Source: the human T2T-CHM13v2.0 reference genome, Homo sapiens. From it: 64,000 bases of DNA. The position numbers were made by a program, and so were the translations under genes. The DNA lies in assembly GCF_009914755.1 (NCBI RefSeq), contig NC_060929.1. One strand, written 5' to 3'. The notes under the pieces are model-generated. The model ran no database searches. It was not told the DNA's origin and was given only the letters and a program-made list of their open reading frames with translations. How positions within the stretch are numbered: the first letter of the stretch is position 1; every line of letters begins with the position of its first letter. Of the stretch, positions 1-12,079 are shown in pieces.

Positions 1-154
1 TGCATGCTGAAGACATACAGTTAGATAAAAATAAAACACAGAGAACTGGAATGATTCCAAGTTTGCAATGTATGTGTATGTGAGAGTCAGTAGATCAGAA
101 TGATCAAGAATAAGAGCCAAATACAAATCCAATTTCCTATATTTGAATATAAAG

Positions 155-310
155 TTTACCATTCACTAGATATGTGACTCTGGACAAATTTTCTAACCTC
201 TTTAATCTGTATGATTGGCATAATAATGATACCTACCCTCATAAGAGTGTTATGAGAATTTATTGAGTTAATATTTATAAAACGCATAGAATAGTGTCTG
301 ACACATTTAA
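155..310 (+). mobile_element. MIR SINE fragment
   Basis: Degenerate MIR core and 3' end (tgtgactctggacaaatt...ataatgatacctacc...atagtgtctgacacat). Confidence 0.7.
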
Positions 311-789
311 ACTTCATATATTTTCATAAATGAAATGAAATAAATTGAATTAAGATGACTATAATAAAATGAAGTTAAAATGTGCGATATTAAATATAAA
401 ATATATATAAATATATATAAAATAGATGTGAAAATATGTTAATAGAGGTGATCTATGATGATAAAGTTATTTGATTATTACTTTCTTTTTGGAGAGAGGG
501 ATCTGTATTTCCAAATTTTCTACAATAAACACATCAAACTTTTAAAACAAAAATAAAAATATAAACATTATATAAATAAGTGGAAATATATGTATGTGTG
601 TATATATACAAAAAACATATATAGTAAATTGTTTACTACTTAAAAGTCAGTGTTCTGACAAACTGGAATAATAATTATCTTACAAGGAGATTGTAAGAAT
701 TAAATCGGTAATCCATGCAAAGAGCTCTATCTATGCAGAAACATAGAAACCCACCTTTCTCTACCTTGACTAATATAGATTACAGCAAG

Positions 790-1184
790 GCACTCTTTTG
801 ACATCTGGCTTCAGGTTAGGTTCGGCCACAGCAGAGCCCTAGCATGAGGTCACAAGGGGAGGAGAATGATATCGTGGCCTCTCCTGGACACCTTCATTTG
901 AGGTCACCCTGCGGCATGACCACATCCTTCTAACTAAGATCAAACTCTATCAAGATAGCCTCTGCTCAGAACTGACTCCAGCAGGTTTTGATAATAGCTC
1001 CTTCTCTCCTACTTCACTCTAAGATGATAATGGCCCCACTCTTATTAACTAGAGGTATTACTCAATTGCTTCTATGTTCCCTACACTTCGCCCACATCTA
1101 TATGAGTATCCTTTTATTAGAGCTTCTCATGAACTGTTCTAATGGAACTTGCTGTCTGTTTCCTGCTGGGGACTGCATGACACA
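790..1184 (+). mobile_element. Old ERVL-class solo LTR (LTR33-like)
   Basis: 3' end ...gtctgtttcctgctggggactgcatgacaca resembles the LTR33-type terminus; 5' boundary approximate. Confidence 0.5.
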
Positions 1185-1569
1185 GAGCTGACATCATCTG
1201 ACACCAGGTGACTGCTCAGTAATTACAAGGTGGGTATTACCATATGGGTGAGAAAACTAGTGCAAAGGCTGAATCCCCAGGGCTAAAGTCTCATGATCTG
1301 CTGGTAGTGCAAGTTATTTGTCCTTCACAGAGCCTGATGCTTTATTTCAGAAAAAAGAGTTATGTGTATACATATACAACACATATAGTGCTTACTATGT
1401 GCTAGGCAGTGGTCTATCCTGATTTTGTCCTTCCTTCATGTTGAGTACCCTCTTGGGAACTAGAGGTCTTAGAGAGCCTTTCTGTTGTTCTGGCATAAGT
1501 TTGCCCTTATAAGGCAGCTTTCAGGCTAGTGACAGAAGCTCTGACTGACTGAAATCTGAGTGTAGTCTA

Positions 1570-2512
1570 TCAACACACTACTTCAGTTCTGGTCACCAAA
1601 TTGTGTGAGGATTTCTCCCTACCAGCAACAAATTTTCCAGCAGACACCAACTAGTGTCATATAATTAAATTCAATTTTGACATTCTATACATGGAGTTCA
1701 TGTCAGATCCCACAGGGTAAGGGTTCAGTCCAATAAGACTGACCCCCTACATTAGACACCAATCACAAGTAATAGATTTTCACCTATATTTCTTACTGGC
1801 TATAAATCAGGGTTCCCCCCTACTCCCTCCTTGGGTTTGTTTAATATGCTAGATTGGCTCACAAAACTCAGGGATACATTTAAGATTTGCCAGTTTATAT
1901 ATAAAGGATATTACAAAGGAAAGATACTGACAAACAGCCAAATGAAGAGATGGATAGGGCAAGGTATTGGTGCAGAGGGTTGCAGGGGAAGATCTTCCCT
2001 GCCTTCACCTCCAAGCACCTCCAGCAACCCTGAAACTCTTCAAGTCCTGGAGAGGTTTTTGTGGAGGCTTCACTATGTAGGCATGATCGATTACATTGTT
2101 GGTCATTGGTGATCAACTCAACATTCAACCCCTTTCCTCTCCCCAGAGGCTGAAGAATAGAACTAAAAGATTTAACCATCTAATCACATAGTTTGTTTTC
2201 CTGGCAACCAGCCTTCATCCCAAGGTTATCCAGATGCCCATCAAGAGTCACCAAATAAAACAGAAGATACTTTTATCAACTGAAAGTTTTCAAGAGATGT
2301 AGAAACTTTGTGTCAGAGGTTCCTATAACTCAGAAAATTATAAAAGCGTTAGGAGCTCTATGTCAAAAACTGGGCTGGTGGGGGTGTCAAAGACCAAATA
2401 TAACAAAAGACTCTCATAGGGCCCCTATTTATAAGAGTTTCAAGATATTTATATCAAGAGTTGGGGGAAGAACCCAAATAAATATAATTTCTTATTATAT
2501 CACATTATCACA
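1570..2512 (-). mobile_element. MER21-family LTR
   Basis: Minus strand starts TGTGATAATGTGATATAATAAGAAAT; internal gtcagatcccacagg...gttcagtcc motif typical of MER21. Confidence 0.75.
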
Positions 2513-3217
2513 CCAGTTTACGAAGTATATAGTTTATAGATGAGGAAACTGAGATTCTACAACATTAATTAATCAGGTTAATTAGGAATAAGTAGTGTCT
2601 GGCTCCAAAATTTGTCCTCCTAACATATATGTAAGCATCTCCCAGGGCACAGGTCACACAAAGTCATCAAGGGCTTCAGGCTTTAGGGCACTTGTAGAAA
2701 CTTCTAATGATACTAGGGGCAACTGAAGCCCGTTAGCAGCAACCAGCAGGGGTACCCCTGGTCAGGAAAGAGAAGGCCATTGGAAGGGCATTTCCATGTG
2801 ATTTTTTGTGGCATAAAAATATCTGGTTATTGTAAGCCATTTTTTCTTTCATCATGCAGAGTGATTGAAGCTACCGTTTTCTGATCCAGAAGGGTGATAG
2901 TTCTCCATTGTTCCCTAAGCCTGGTTGTTTTCACTTTTTAGCCTAGAGAATAGATTTTACACCTCTAGATTATTAGCCCTCCAGGGCAGGGCTGGAGCTC
3001 TTTGTTTGATCTAATCCCATCTATGGTTGATCTGCTTGTGCATTCATGATGTTGTGGATAAATAAACCATGCTCATTTTTAATATGATTTATTAACAATG
3101 TGCAGGGCAGGCTTCTTCCCCATATGTCTTAGCCAAGACTCCCTTCTGAAATGCACTAGAATTTCATAAATTGAGCCATTCCCAAATAAAGAGGTAGGTG
3201 CTCCAATGGTTACATTG

Positions 3218-3447
3218 GAGAGGCAGTTGGTCTAGTGATTAGGAACACAAAATCCAAAGCCTAATTGCCTGAGTTCATATCCAATGCTGTCACTTTACCA
3301 CCTTGTGCCTCAGTTTCCTCAGCTGCAACATGAGGATAATTGCATTATTTCTTCACAGACTGATTGTAACAATTAAAAGAGTGAATACATACAAAGTGTT
3401 TAAAAGGGTGCATGACACATATGTACACTACTAAGAGTATTAACTGT
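3218..3447 (+). mobile_element. MIR SINE
   Basis: MIR core tgtgcctcagtttcctcagctgcaacatgaggataat plus 5' and 3' segments. Confidence 0.8.
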
Positions 3448-3599
3448 ATTTGACCAGAAACCAGGAGTATTTCTGAAATCTTGATAAGGCAGGGAGTGTC
3501 AGAAAGCAGAGACTCAGGGAGTAGATTAACTGACTGTCTTGTAGACTTTGAAGTAAAAAGAACCTAAAAGAAATAAAATATCATGGCTTCTCAGATGAT

Positions 3600-3723
3600 C
3601 CAATCATCAAATATTTTGGAGCACCAAATATATGCCAGGCACTATTTGATAGGCATTAGAGATACAGCAGTGGAGTAAATCAGGCAACAGAGGGATGATA
3701 TATTCTAGTGGAGGAAGATTGGC
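3600..3723 (-). mobile_element. L2 LINE 3' end, cut by the HERV-L breakpoint
   Basis: caaatattttggagcacc...tatgccaggcact...ttctagtggagg matches the reverse of an L2 3' end. Confidence 0.65.
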
Positions 3724-3811
3724 AACAATACTTTGGATTGGATTGGATTGAAGGATACAAAGTATTGATCCTTCAATCCAATCAGGCTGACACTCGGTAT
3801 TAACCATCACA
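3724..3811 (-). mobile_element. HERV-L 3' LTR remnant (only ~55 nt of U3, plus a 32-nt inverted insertion)
   Basis: Matches 9827-9883 of the 5' LTR; abuts the polypurine tract (minus strand ttgacaaggggcggact|TGTGATGG). Confidence 0.9.
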
Positions 3812-4225
3812 AGTCCGCCCCTTGTCAATTTGAACCCCTACACATCTCCTGAGATCATACATAATCTTCAAGTAAAGACAATAATAAGGTCATAATTATG
3901 CCTAACATAATACAACTATCCTTCATACTAGCAGAAACACACCAATCCTCAACCCAAATACTATTACATAAAGTTAACGATACTTAAATGCTGATGTGAG
4001 GTCAATAAATCTTATATCACATGATAAAGGAGAAAGGAAATAAAATGAAGATATTTTCTTAGTACAAGTGTACACATGCACAAACATGTTTTTAACAAAA
4101 GAGGGGGAAAGTACTCGCAACAATTACAGTCCTCATTTCTGCAGCTGGTCATGTGGTCATAGCTGATATTGATGACTACCTTCTTCTACTACCCATTCTA
4201 TATTCCCCTTGCCTTCAATAGCACC

Positions 4226-4650
4226 TCAGCAGGTTGTAGGTATTTTTCCTGGTAGAGTGACCCAAACCTTCATTCCTAAAGCGTCTGGGTCATTTGTAGT
4301 CCTGCCTGGATTGGGCTGTTGTAGTTTCCCACTGACCTTACTCACAGGGCATGGTAATATTAAGAGATGCCCTAATGGATCTCCTGTATTCCATGCATAC
4401 TCTTCCTTACCTCCATTATGCAGTAGAAGACTGATTTGATATTGATAGTCCAGGTCAATCACACCAGCCAACATTGTAACTCCCTTCTTAGCCTGTTGAC
4501 TTACAGGTAGGAGGACCCAAAAGTGTCCAAGTGGCAATCTTCCAGTTTAATTGAATCATTCTCATGTCTCCTGCTCCTGGTGGCATCGTTCTTCCCTCTG
4601 GAACTAAGACCTCTAGGCCAGCAGAATGTAATGTTGCGGGAACAGGAAGC
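4226..4650 (-). pseudogene. HERV-L dUTPase, frameshifted
   Basis: ORFs 4488-4709 (SAGLEV, motif 1 region) and 4226-4537 (AGVIDLDYQYQISLLLHN, motif 3). Confidence 0.85.
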
Positions 4651-4671
4651 AAAAATTTTGCTAGTGGATCA

Positions 4672-7240
4672 CTAGGGTTGATGGTGAGTGGTGCCACTTC
4701 CACTTCCACCCGTTGATTTCTGGACCCGTGAATCCTGGCTATGGGAGAAAACAGTACCGTATATTGGATGCCAATTCAGAGCATACATGGCCTTCTGGAG
4801 AACTTTGCCCCAGCCCTGCAAAGTATTGTCACCTAGTTGGTGTTGTAATTGTGATTTCAAAAGGCCATTCCACCATTCTATCAGTCCAGCTGCTTCAGGA
4901 TGATGGGAGTCTTGGTAAGACTGGTGAATTCCATGAGTATGAGCCCACTGCCACACTTCTTTAGCTGTAAAGTGAGTACCTTGGTCAGAGGCAATGCTGT
5001 GTGGAATACCATGACAGTGGATAAGGCATTCCATGAGTTCACAGATGGTAGTCTTGGCAGAAGCATTGCATGCAGGATAGGCAAACCTATATCCAGAATA
5101 AGTGTCCATTCCACTGAGGACAAACCTCTGCCCTTTCCATGATGGAAGAGCCCAAATATAATCAACCTGCCACCAGGAATCTGGCTGATCTACCCGAGGA
5201 ATTATGCCATATCGAGGGCCCAGTGTTGGTCTCTGCTGCTGGCAAATTGGGCACTCAGCAGTAGCTATAGCCAGGTCAGCCTTGGTAAGTGGAAGTCCAT
5301 GTTGCTGAGCCCATGCATAACCTCCATCCCTGCCACTGTGGCCACTTTGTTCATGGGCCCATTGGGCGATGACAGGGGTGGCTGGGGAAAGAGACTGAGT
5401 GGTGTCCACAGAACGGGTCATCCTATCCACTTAATTATTAAAACTTTCTTCTGCTGAGGTCACCTGTTGGTGAGCACTCACATGGATACAAATATCTTAA
5501 CAGTTTTTGACCACTCACAAAGGTCCATCCACATACTTCTTCCCCAAATTTCTTTGTCACCAATTTTCCAATCATGCTTCTTCTAAGTCCCTGACCATCC
5601 AGCCAAACCATTGGCTACAGCCCATGAATTAGTATATAATCGCACATCTGGTCATTTCTCCTTCCATGCACAGTGTGCAGCCAGGTGCACTGCTCAAACT
5701 TCTGCCCACTGGGAAGATTTCCCTTCACTGCTGTGCTTCAGGAATGTCCTAGATAGGGGCTGTAGTGCTACAGCTGTCCACTTTCAGGTGGTGCCTGCAT
5801 ATCATGCAGAACCATCTGTGGACTAAGCCCTAGTCTTATTTTCCTTGTCAACTGATCACAGGGAACTCCCCATGAAGTCATCGGTGTAGGCTGGGGGAGA
5901 GAAGGCAGGGTAGCTGGAGTGGAGACTATGGGCATTTGAGCTACTTCTTCATGTATCTTACTTGTACCTTCAGGACCTGCTCGAGCCCTGTTATGTATAT
6001 ATCACTTCCATTTGATGATAGAATGCTTCTTTGTATGACCCACTTTATGGCTAGATGGGTCAGAAAATACCCAGTTCATGGTAGGCAATTCAGTTCACAT
6101 GGTGACTTGATGACCCAAAGTCAAACGTTCAGTTTCCACCAAAGCCTAGTAACAGGCCAAGAGCTGTCCCTCAAAAGAAGAGTAGTTATCTGCAGAAGAT
6201 GGCGGGGCCTCGTTTCAAAATCCTAGAGGCCTCCACTGTGATCGACCTGTGGGCGCCTGCCAAAGGCTCTGAACAGCATCCCTATCTGCCACTGACACAT
6301 CAAGCACCATTGGATCTGCTGGGTTGTATGGCCCAAGTGGCAGAGCAACTTGCACAGCAGCCTGGACCTGTTGCAGAGCCTTCTCCTATTCTGAACCCCA
6401 CTCAAAACTGGCAGCCTTTCAGGTCACTCAAAAAATGGGCCAGAGTAACACACACAAATGAGGAATGTGTTGCCTCCACCACCCAAATAGGCCCACTAGG
6501 CATTGTGCCTCTTTCTTGGCTGTAGGAGGGGCCAAATGCAGCAACTTATCCTTCACCTTAGAAGGAATATCTCAACAGGCCCCACCCCACTGGACTCCTA
6601 GAAATTTTACTGAGGTATAAGGTCCCTGAGTTTTAGTTGAATTTATTTCCCATCTTCTGGCATGCAAATGTCTCACAAATAAGTCCAGTGTGTTTGCTAC
6701 TTGTTGCTCACTGGATCCAATCAGCATAATATCGTCAATGTAATGGACCAGTGTGATATCTCACGGAAGTGAAAAGCGATCAACGTCTCTCCGAATAAGA
6801 TTATGACACAAACCTGGAGAGTTGATATATCCCTGAGGTAGGACAGTAAAAGTATATTGCTGGCCTTGCCAGCTGAAGGCAAATTGCTTCTGGTGGCCGT
6901 TATGACAGGAATAGAGGAAAAGGCATTTTCCAAGTCAGTGGCTACATACCAGGTACCAGATGTATTAATTTGCTCAAGCAATGAAACCTCATCTGATACA
7001 GCAGCTGCAACTGGAGTCACCACTTGGTTAAGCATATGATAAACCACTTTCATTCTCCATGACCTATCTTTCTTCTGCACAGGCCAAATGGGAGAGTTGA
7101 ATGGGCATGTGGTGGGAATCACCACCCCTGAGCCTTTCAAGTTCTTGATGGTGGCACTAATCTCTGCAGTCCCTCCAGGAATATGATACTGTTTTTGAAT
7201 TACTATTTTTCTAGGTAAAGACAGCTTTAATGGCTTCCAT
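4672..7240 (-). pseudogene. pol: HERV-L pol (RT, RNase H, integrase), disrupted
   Basis: RT motifs PFNSPIWPVQK, DLENAF and LVHYIDDIML (~6722-6750, different frame); integrase HHCC (WAHEQSGH...CPIC), WQVD, SDQGTHF, GLIE in ORF 4672-5430. Confidence 0.93.
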
Positions 7241-7570
7241 TTGGCCTTTCCCACCATAACAGCCCTAACTCTACCAGTCAGGGAGCCAGTATGGGGATTC
7301 TGCCACCTGCTAAATATGTCTATGCTAATTATGCATTCTGGCACTGGGGAAATGAGCATAGGATGAGTCCAGGGACCCACTGGACCCACTATAAGTTGAA
7401 CCTGAGCTAAAACTCCATTAATTACCTGACCTCCATCAGCCACTACTTTAACTGGAGGACCTCAATGATGTTTTGGGACCCCTGGAATCAATGTCAGCTC
7501 AGAGCCAGTGTCCAGTAGTCCCCAAAATGTCTCATCATTTCCCTTTCCCTAGTGCACAGTTACCCTGGTG
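7241..7570 (-). pseudogene. pro: HERV-L aspartic protease, disrupted
   Basis: Minus-strand GLLDTGSEL at ~7495-7522, followed by ...GGQVINGVLAQVQL...PVPECIISIDIFS. Confidence 0.85.
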
Positions 7571-7670
7571 AAGGTGGGAGGTATCCTTGGGGAAGGATGG
7601 GAGAAAGATTCACTGCATAAGTTGTCAGTAATGTAGTGGGGTCCTTCCTCAAGGGGACCCATCCTCCCCT

Positions 7671-9330
7671 TCATTCAAGTGGTTCTGGATCTGTAAACTG
7701 GCTCAAGTCTGGAAATTGATTGAGGGGCCATGATTCTCTGTTTTTATAATTCACATTAGTCTTTTGTCCATTCGACCTAGAAGTTTTCTCCTTATATAAA
7801 TTAAGTAGGAATGCAGTAGGCTTCTTATCAATTTCACTTCTAGGAACACTTTGATTAATTAGACAGTGCCAGAGCTCTACACGAGTCAGACTATTCTGAT
7901 TGCCACTTTGCCTCTGCTGTCCATTCTGGTAGCTATGCCCACCTTGCCATTGACAGTTGAGTGCCTCCACTTGGCCCCTGCCATCTTGGGATTCAATTAT
8001 TCCCATTGTATTTAAATTTTATGGTTGAGTGACTGTGGTTCCCATTGTTAGATCTGACATATAGAGAAGAGCAATTACAGGGATCTTCAAAAATGCAGGT
8101 GCTGCCCTCACAAATCTATTTCGCAAGGTATTGGTCAAGAGTATATCTTCTGGACCCTGCCAGCTGAGATTAGTAGGTCTGAAGTGACTAATCCACTCCA
8201 CTATCCCAGTCTCCCTAAGCCTTTGGATCTCTTCCTCTACATTAAACCAAGGGAGATCAGGTATTTCCAGCTTGCTCACAGTGAACCATCTTTTAATCCA
8301 TATTTTAGCTAACCGAGCAAATAAACTATTAGAATGTTTTGTCTCCCTAGGCTGCAACATTAAATGCAGAAGCCCTACTTAGTGGGCCTAAATCAATAAA
8401 TTTAGCCTGATCCAACTCTATGTTCCTTCCACCATTATCCCACACCCTTAATATCCATTCCCATGTCTGTTCTCCAAATTACTGTTTATATAAGTTAGAA
8501 AACTTAAACAGTTCTTTTCAATTGTAGTGAATCTCCTCATGTGTCACACTCTCAACCTCATCTCTAGGGGCCTGCCAGGACTTTAGTTATAGGTCTAGAA
8601 CCAAACAGGGGTGTTGGGGTGGCTCCTAAGGAGCATCAACATTATTTTGCTTGGAAACTAACTCAGGGGAGGCCATCACTGTTGCTTCAGGCAGCACAGG
8701 GTTTATCTCCTCAGACAAAGGTGGAAAGGCTGATGTCAGCTTGGGTTGGGAGGGGATATTGCCACTACTGGGGATGGGGAGGCTGTTTCTTCTGGCAAAA
8801 AAGATTCATCAGAGTTTACAAACTCAGTGTCCCCAGCTTCATCAGGGTCCTCCCATACACCCCTATTCCAATTTTCAGGGTCCCATTCTTTTCCAATCAA
8901 TGCCCTCGCTTTAACAGTAGACACCTGGCAAGGCTGTGCATGCACCTTTCATTGCAGATCAGCCACTTGCATCTTAAGAGCTTGTGTCTGTTTTTCCACA
9001 ATTTCAGCTCTTTCTCTACAAAAGAGAACACTCTCACTCAGGGCAATCTTAGCAGATTTGAGGTTCAGTATCTGCTTATGAAGCTGGGAAATAGAATCCC
9101 TGCATTCATCATTTTCTTTCATCACTTTGTCCACTGAATTACGAGCAAACAACCAGCTTTATTATGTTCCTTGGTTCTCCACATATGGTCAAAGGTATTA
9201 TGTATAGAGTCACTAAACTCCTTGCCTCTCAGGAATGATGAATCAGGAGTGTCAAATGCATTTATTTTGCATAACTCTCTAAACAGTTCACACCAAGGTC
9301 TATCAGTGTTCTCCATACTGTTAGAAGTAG
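7671..9330 (-). pseudogene. gag: HERV-L gag, disrupted
   Basis: Fragments ALIGKEWDPENW, PDLPWFNVEEEIQRLRE, LTRVELWHCLI, LNQFPDLSQFTDPEPLE lie in different frames. Confidence 0.88.
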
Positions 9331-9437
9331 AGTCCTTAGCATTTTGGGGTCTAATCATATTAAGCAGCCAACTCCAGAAACCCCAAAACCAAGGAAAGCA
9401 CTCCATCCTTAATATTCTCTTCCTCAAGTACAAAATC

Positions 9438-9465
9438 TGTATTAGTCAAGGTTCTCTAGAGAGAA

Positions 9466-9501
<36 letters not shown>

Positions 9502-9883
9502 AAGTTTATTAGGTATTAACTCACACAATGTCAAGGTCCCACAATAGGCCATCTGCAGTCTGAGGAGCCAGGAGAGCAAATCCAAGTTCCAAAACTGAAG
9601 AACTTGAAGTCTGCTGTTTGAGGGCAGGAAGCATCGAGCAAGGGAGAAACATGTAGGCTGGGAGGCTAAGCCAGTCCCTTTTTACACTTTTCTGCCTGCT
9701 TATATTCTAGCCGCCCTGGCAACTGATTAGATTGTTCCCACCCAGATTAAGGGTGAGTCTGCCTTTCCCAGCCCACTGATTCAAATGTTAGTCTCCTTCA
9801 GCAACACCCTCACAGACACACCCAGGAACAATACTTTGTATCCTTCAACCCAATCAAGTTGAGACTCAGTATCAACCATCATA
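9438..9883 (-). mobile_element. HERV-L 5' LTR, MLT2A1-like, complete (~446 bp)
   Basis: Termini TATGATGGTTG... (consensus TGTGATGG) and ...GACTAATACA on the minus strand; internal (TA)n at ~9468-9499; length fits MLT2A1. Confidence 0.9.
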
Positions 9884-11009
9884 GACACTTTTTGCTGAAC
9901 TAACATACCAAAGCTTACATCAGGGCACAAGTCATAGTCAGTAACATTAATACAGTCATCAAGCTTAGGATCCCATTAGTAAAATGGGATTTTCCACATT
10001 AGTAAAATAAGAGAGTTGAGCTAAAGGGCCTTAAGGTCAATTTCCAGTATCTATAGAGTCTCTATATTCTAGGAATTCAGGTGATGCCTGCAGACTGCGG
10101 TGATAAATATACATTAATTTATCTATTGAACAAATATGTGTTGAGAGTTTACTATATACCAGACACTCTGTTGAGCTTTGGGGATATACAATAATGACAT
10201 GGTTCCTACCTTTCACAGTGTTTATAGTCTAGTGAGTGAGACAGATAATATAAAAACAGACAAATCTACAAAGGAAAGAAACAAGATGTGGTTGTAGAGA
10301 AGGTGGAGGAAGGGGTATCTAATTTAAATAAGTAGTCATTAAATATCTCTTGGAGAAGGTAATATCGTGTTTAAAGGATTAGAAGCAGGCACCAAAACAA
10401 AGTGCAAGAGAAAAAGCTTTCTTGGCAGCAGGAACAGCACTATTAAAGTCTCAAATGAAAATAGCATGACACAGAATACAAAGGAGCAGAAAGAGATAAT
10501 AAGGTCATATTTACTAGACACTCTCTACATGTCCTAAGTGTTTACATTTGTGATCTCTTTTAGGCTTCGCAATTTTCCTGTATCTAGGTGATACCATTAT
10601 TCTCATTTTATAGAATGGAAAAAAGAAACAGTAGTAAAGAAATTAAGTCCCTCTCTCATGGTCATAAAGACAGTAAATAGTGAAGCTGGAATTGGTTCTC
10701 TGGAAGTCTGACTGTCATGCCCACACTCCTAATTATCATGCTTAGAGTACTTAAGGAACTGGAAAATAGCCATGTGGCTGGAGTACAGTGAGCCAGAATA
10801 ATGGCAAGAGATGAAGTTGGAGAGGAGGTAGGGGCCAGGTCAAAAAAAAAAAAAAAAAAGAGAGAGAGAGAATGAAGGACTATGATATAACTTTATTTAA
10901 TCCAATGTGTAACGGGAAGCACAGGAGAGTTTTAAGTAGAAGGGCGACAAGGTACAATTTGCCTTTTAAAAGACCACTCTGACTGCTGGATATAGATGGA
11001 ACAGAGCCT

Positions 11010-11416
11010 AGCCTTGGACTTTCAGCATGATCATCATCTGGGAGCTTGTTAGAAATGTAAACTAGGCCGAGCACAGTGACTTACACCTGTAATCCCAGCA
11101 CTCTGGGAGGCCGAGGTGGGGGCGGATCACGAGCTCAGGAGATCGAGACCATCCTGGCTAACACGGTGAAACCCCGTCTCTACTAAAAATACGAAAACAA
11201 AATTAGCCAGGAGTGGTGGTGGGAGCCTGTAGTCCCAGCTACTCAGGGGGCTGAGGCAGGAGAATGGCATGAACCCAGGAGGCAGAGCTTCCTGTGAGAC
11301 GAGATCACGCCACTGCACTCCAGCCTGGGATCCAAACCAGGTATACTGAATCAGAATCTTCATTTTATCAAGGACCATGTGTAAATATATGTACAGTAAA
11401 ACTTGAAAACCACTGA
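11010..11416 (+). mobile_element. MER5A1-like hAT MITE, split by an Alu
   Basis: catctgggagcttgttagaaatg | Alu | tactgaatcagaatcttcatttt...ttgaaaaccactg. Confidence 0.75.
11065..11329 (+). mobile_element. AluY-like, lacking its 3' end and poly(A) tail
   Basis: gagatcgagaccatcctggctaacacggtgaaacccc and gaatggcatgaaccc are AluY-type; sequence stops at cagcctggg. Confidence 0.9.
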
Positions 11417-11422
11417 ATTAGA

Positions 11423-11573
11423 GCAGTTGTCCTTAATCCTGGAGATAAATTTGAGTCGCTTGGGGGATACTTTCTATAAACTCCATTCCAAACCTATTGA
11501 ATCAAAATTTGTGGAGATTGGGACCCAGACATCTGTAGATTATTCAATGTGCAACCTGGGTTGAGAACTATTG
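11423..11573 (+). mobile_element. MER5B-like MITE
   Basis: cagttgtccttaatcctgg...gaatcaaaatttgtgg...gggttgagaactattg; strand tentative. Confidence 0.55.
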
Positions 11574-12079
11574 GATTAGAGGAAACAAGAGGAAGAAGGA
11601 AGACCAACTCAGAGGCCCTTGCACTAGTGTGGAGTTTGGTTTCCCTGGAGATAGATAGAGGTAGATACACTTAAGTTATCTTTCGGAAGTATAATCACCA
11701 AAATATGCTAGTGGATTATATGTGAAGATTGAGGAAAATGAGAAATTAAGATGACTGTACAATTCTGAGGTGAATATCAATGGTGAATATGATAGTGATG
11801 ACCTTTAGTAAGATGGAGTGAATTGTGGAAGAAACGGATTTGAAGAAGAGAGAAAAGAGGAGCTCAGGATTGAGCTTTGGACCACTCTACCTTATAATAG
11901 TTGTAGGGAGGAGAAGCCCATAAGTGAGACTGAAAAGGTGTAGCTATTAAGGAAGAGAGATCAGAAGAGGAGAGTTACAGAAGCTAAGAGAGAAAAAAAA
12001 TTCAAAAAAGAAAAAGAAGTATGAGTTGCATCAGTGCTACCAAGATAACAAATAAGCTAGTTGAGGATCAAGTGGAGGC

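Larger units (their letters stand above)
3724..9883 (-). mobile_element. HERV-L (ERVL) provirus, defective, with MLT2A LTRs
   Basis: Order 5'LTR-gag-pro-RT-RNaseH-IN-dUTPase-PPT-3'LTR stub on the minus strand; no env; dUTPase downstream of IN is diagnostic of ERV-L; many stops and frameshifts. Confidence 0.97.
10110..12075 (-). mobile_element. L2 LINE, fragmented, interrupted by MER5 copies and an Alu
   Basis: L2 3' end (ttgaacaaatatgtgttgagagtttactatataccagacact) and typical purine-rich internal segments. Confidence 0.75.

Noticed and set aside
8619-9512. Plus-strand ORFs of 172, 111 and 113 aa
   Set aside because: Antisense shadows of HERV-L gag and LTR with no independent coding evidence.
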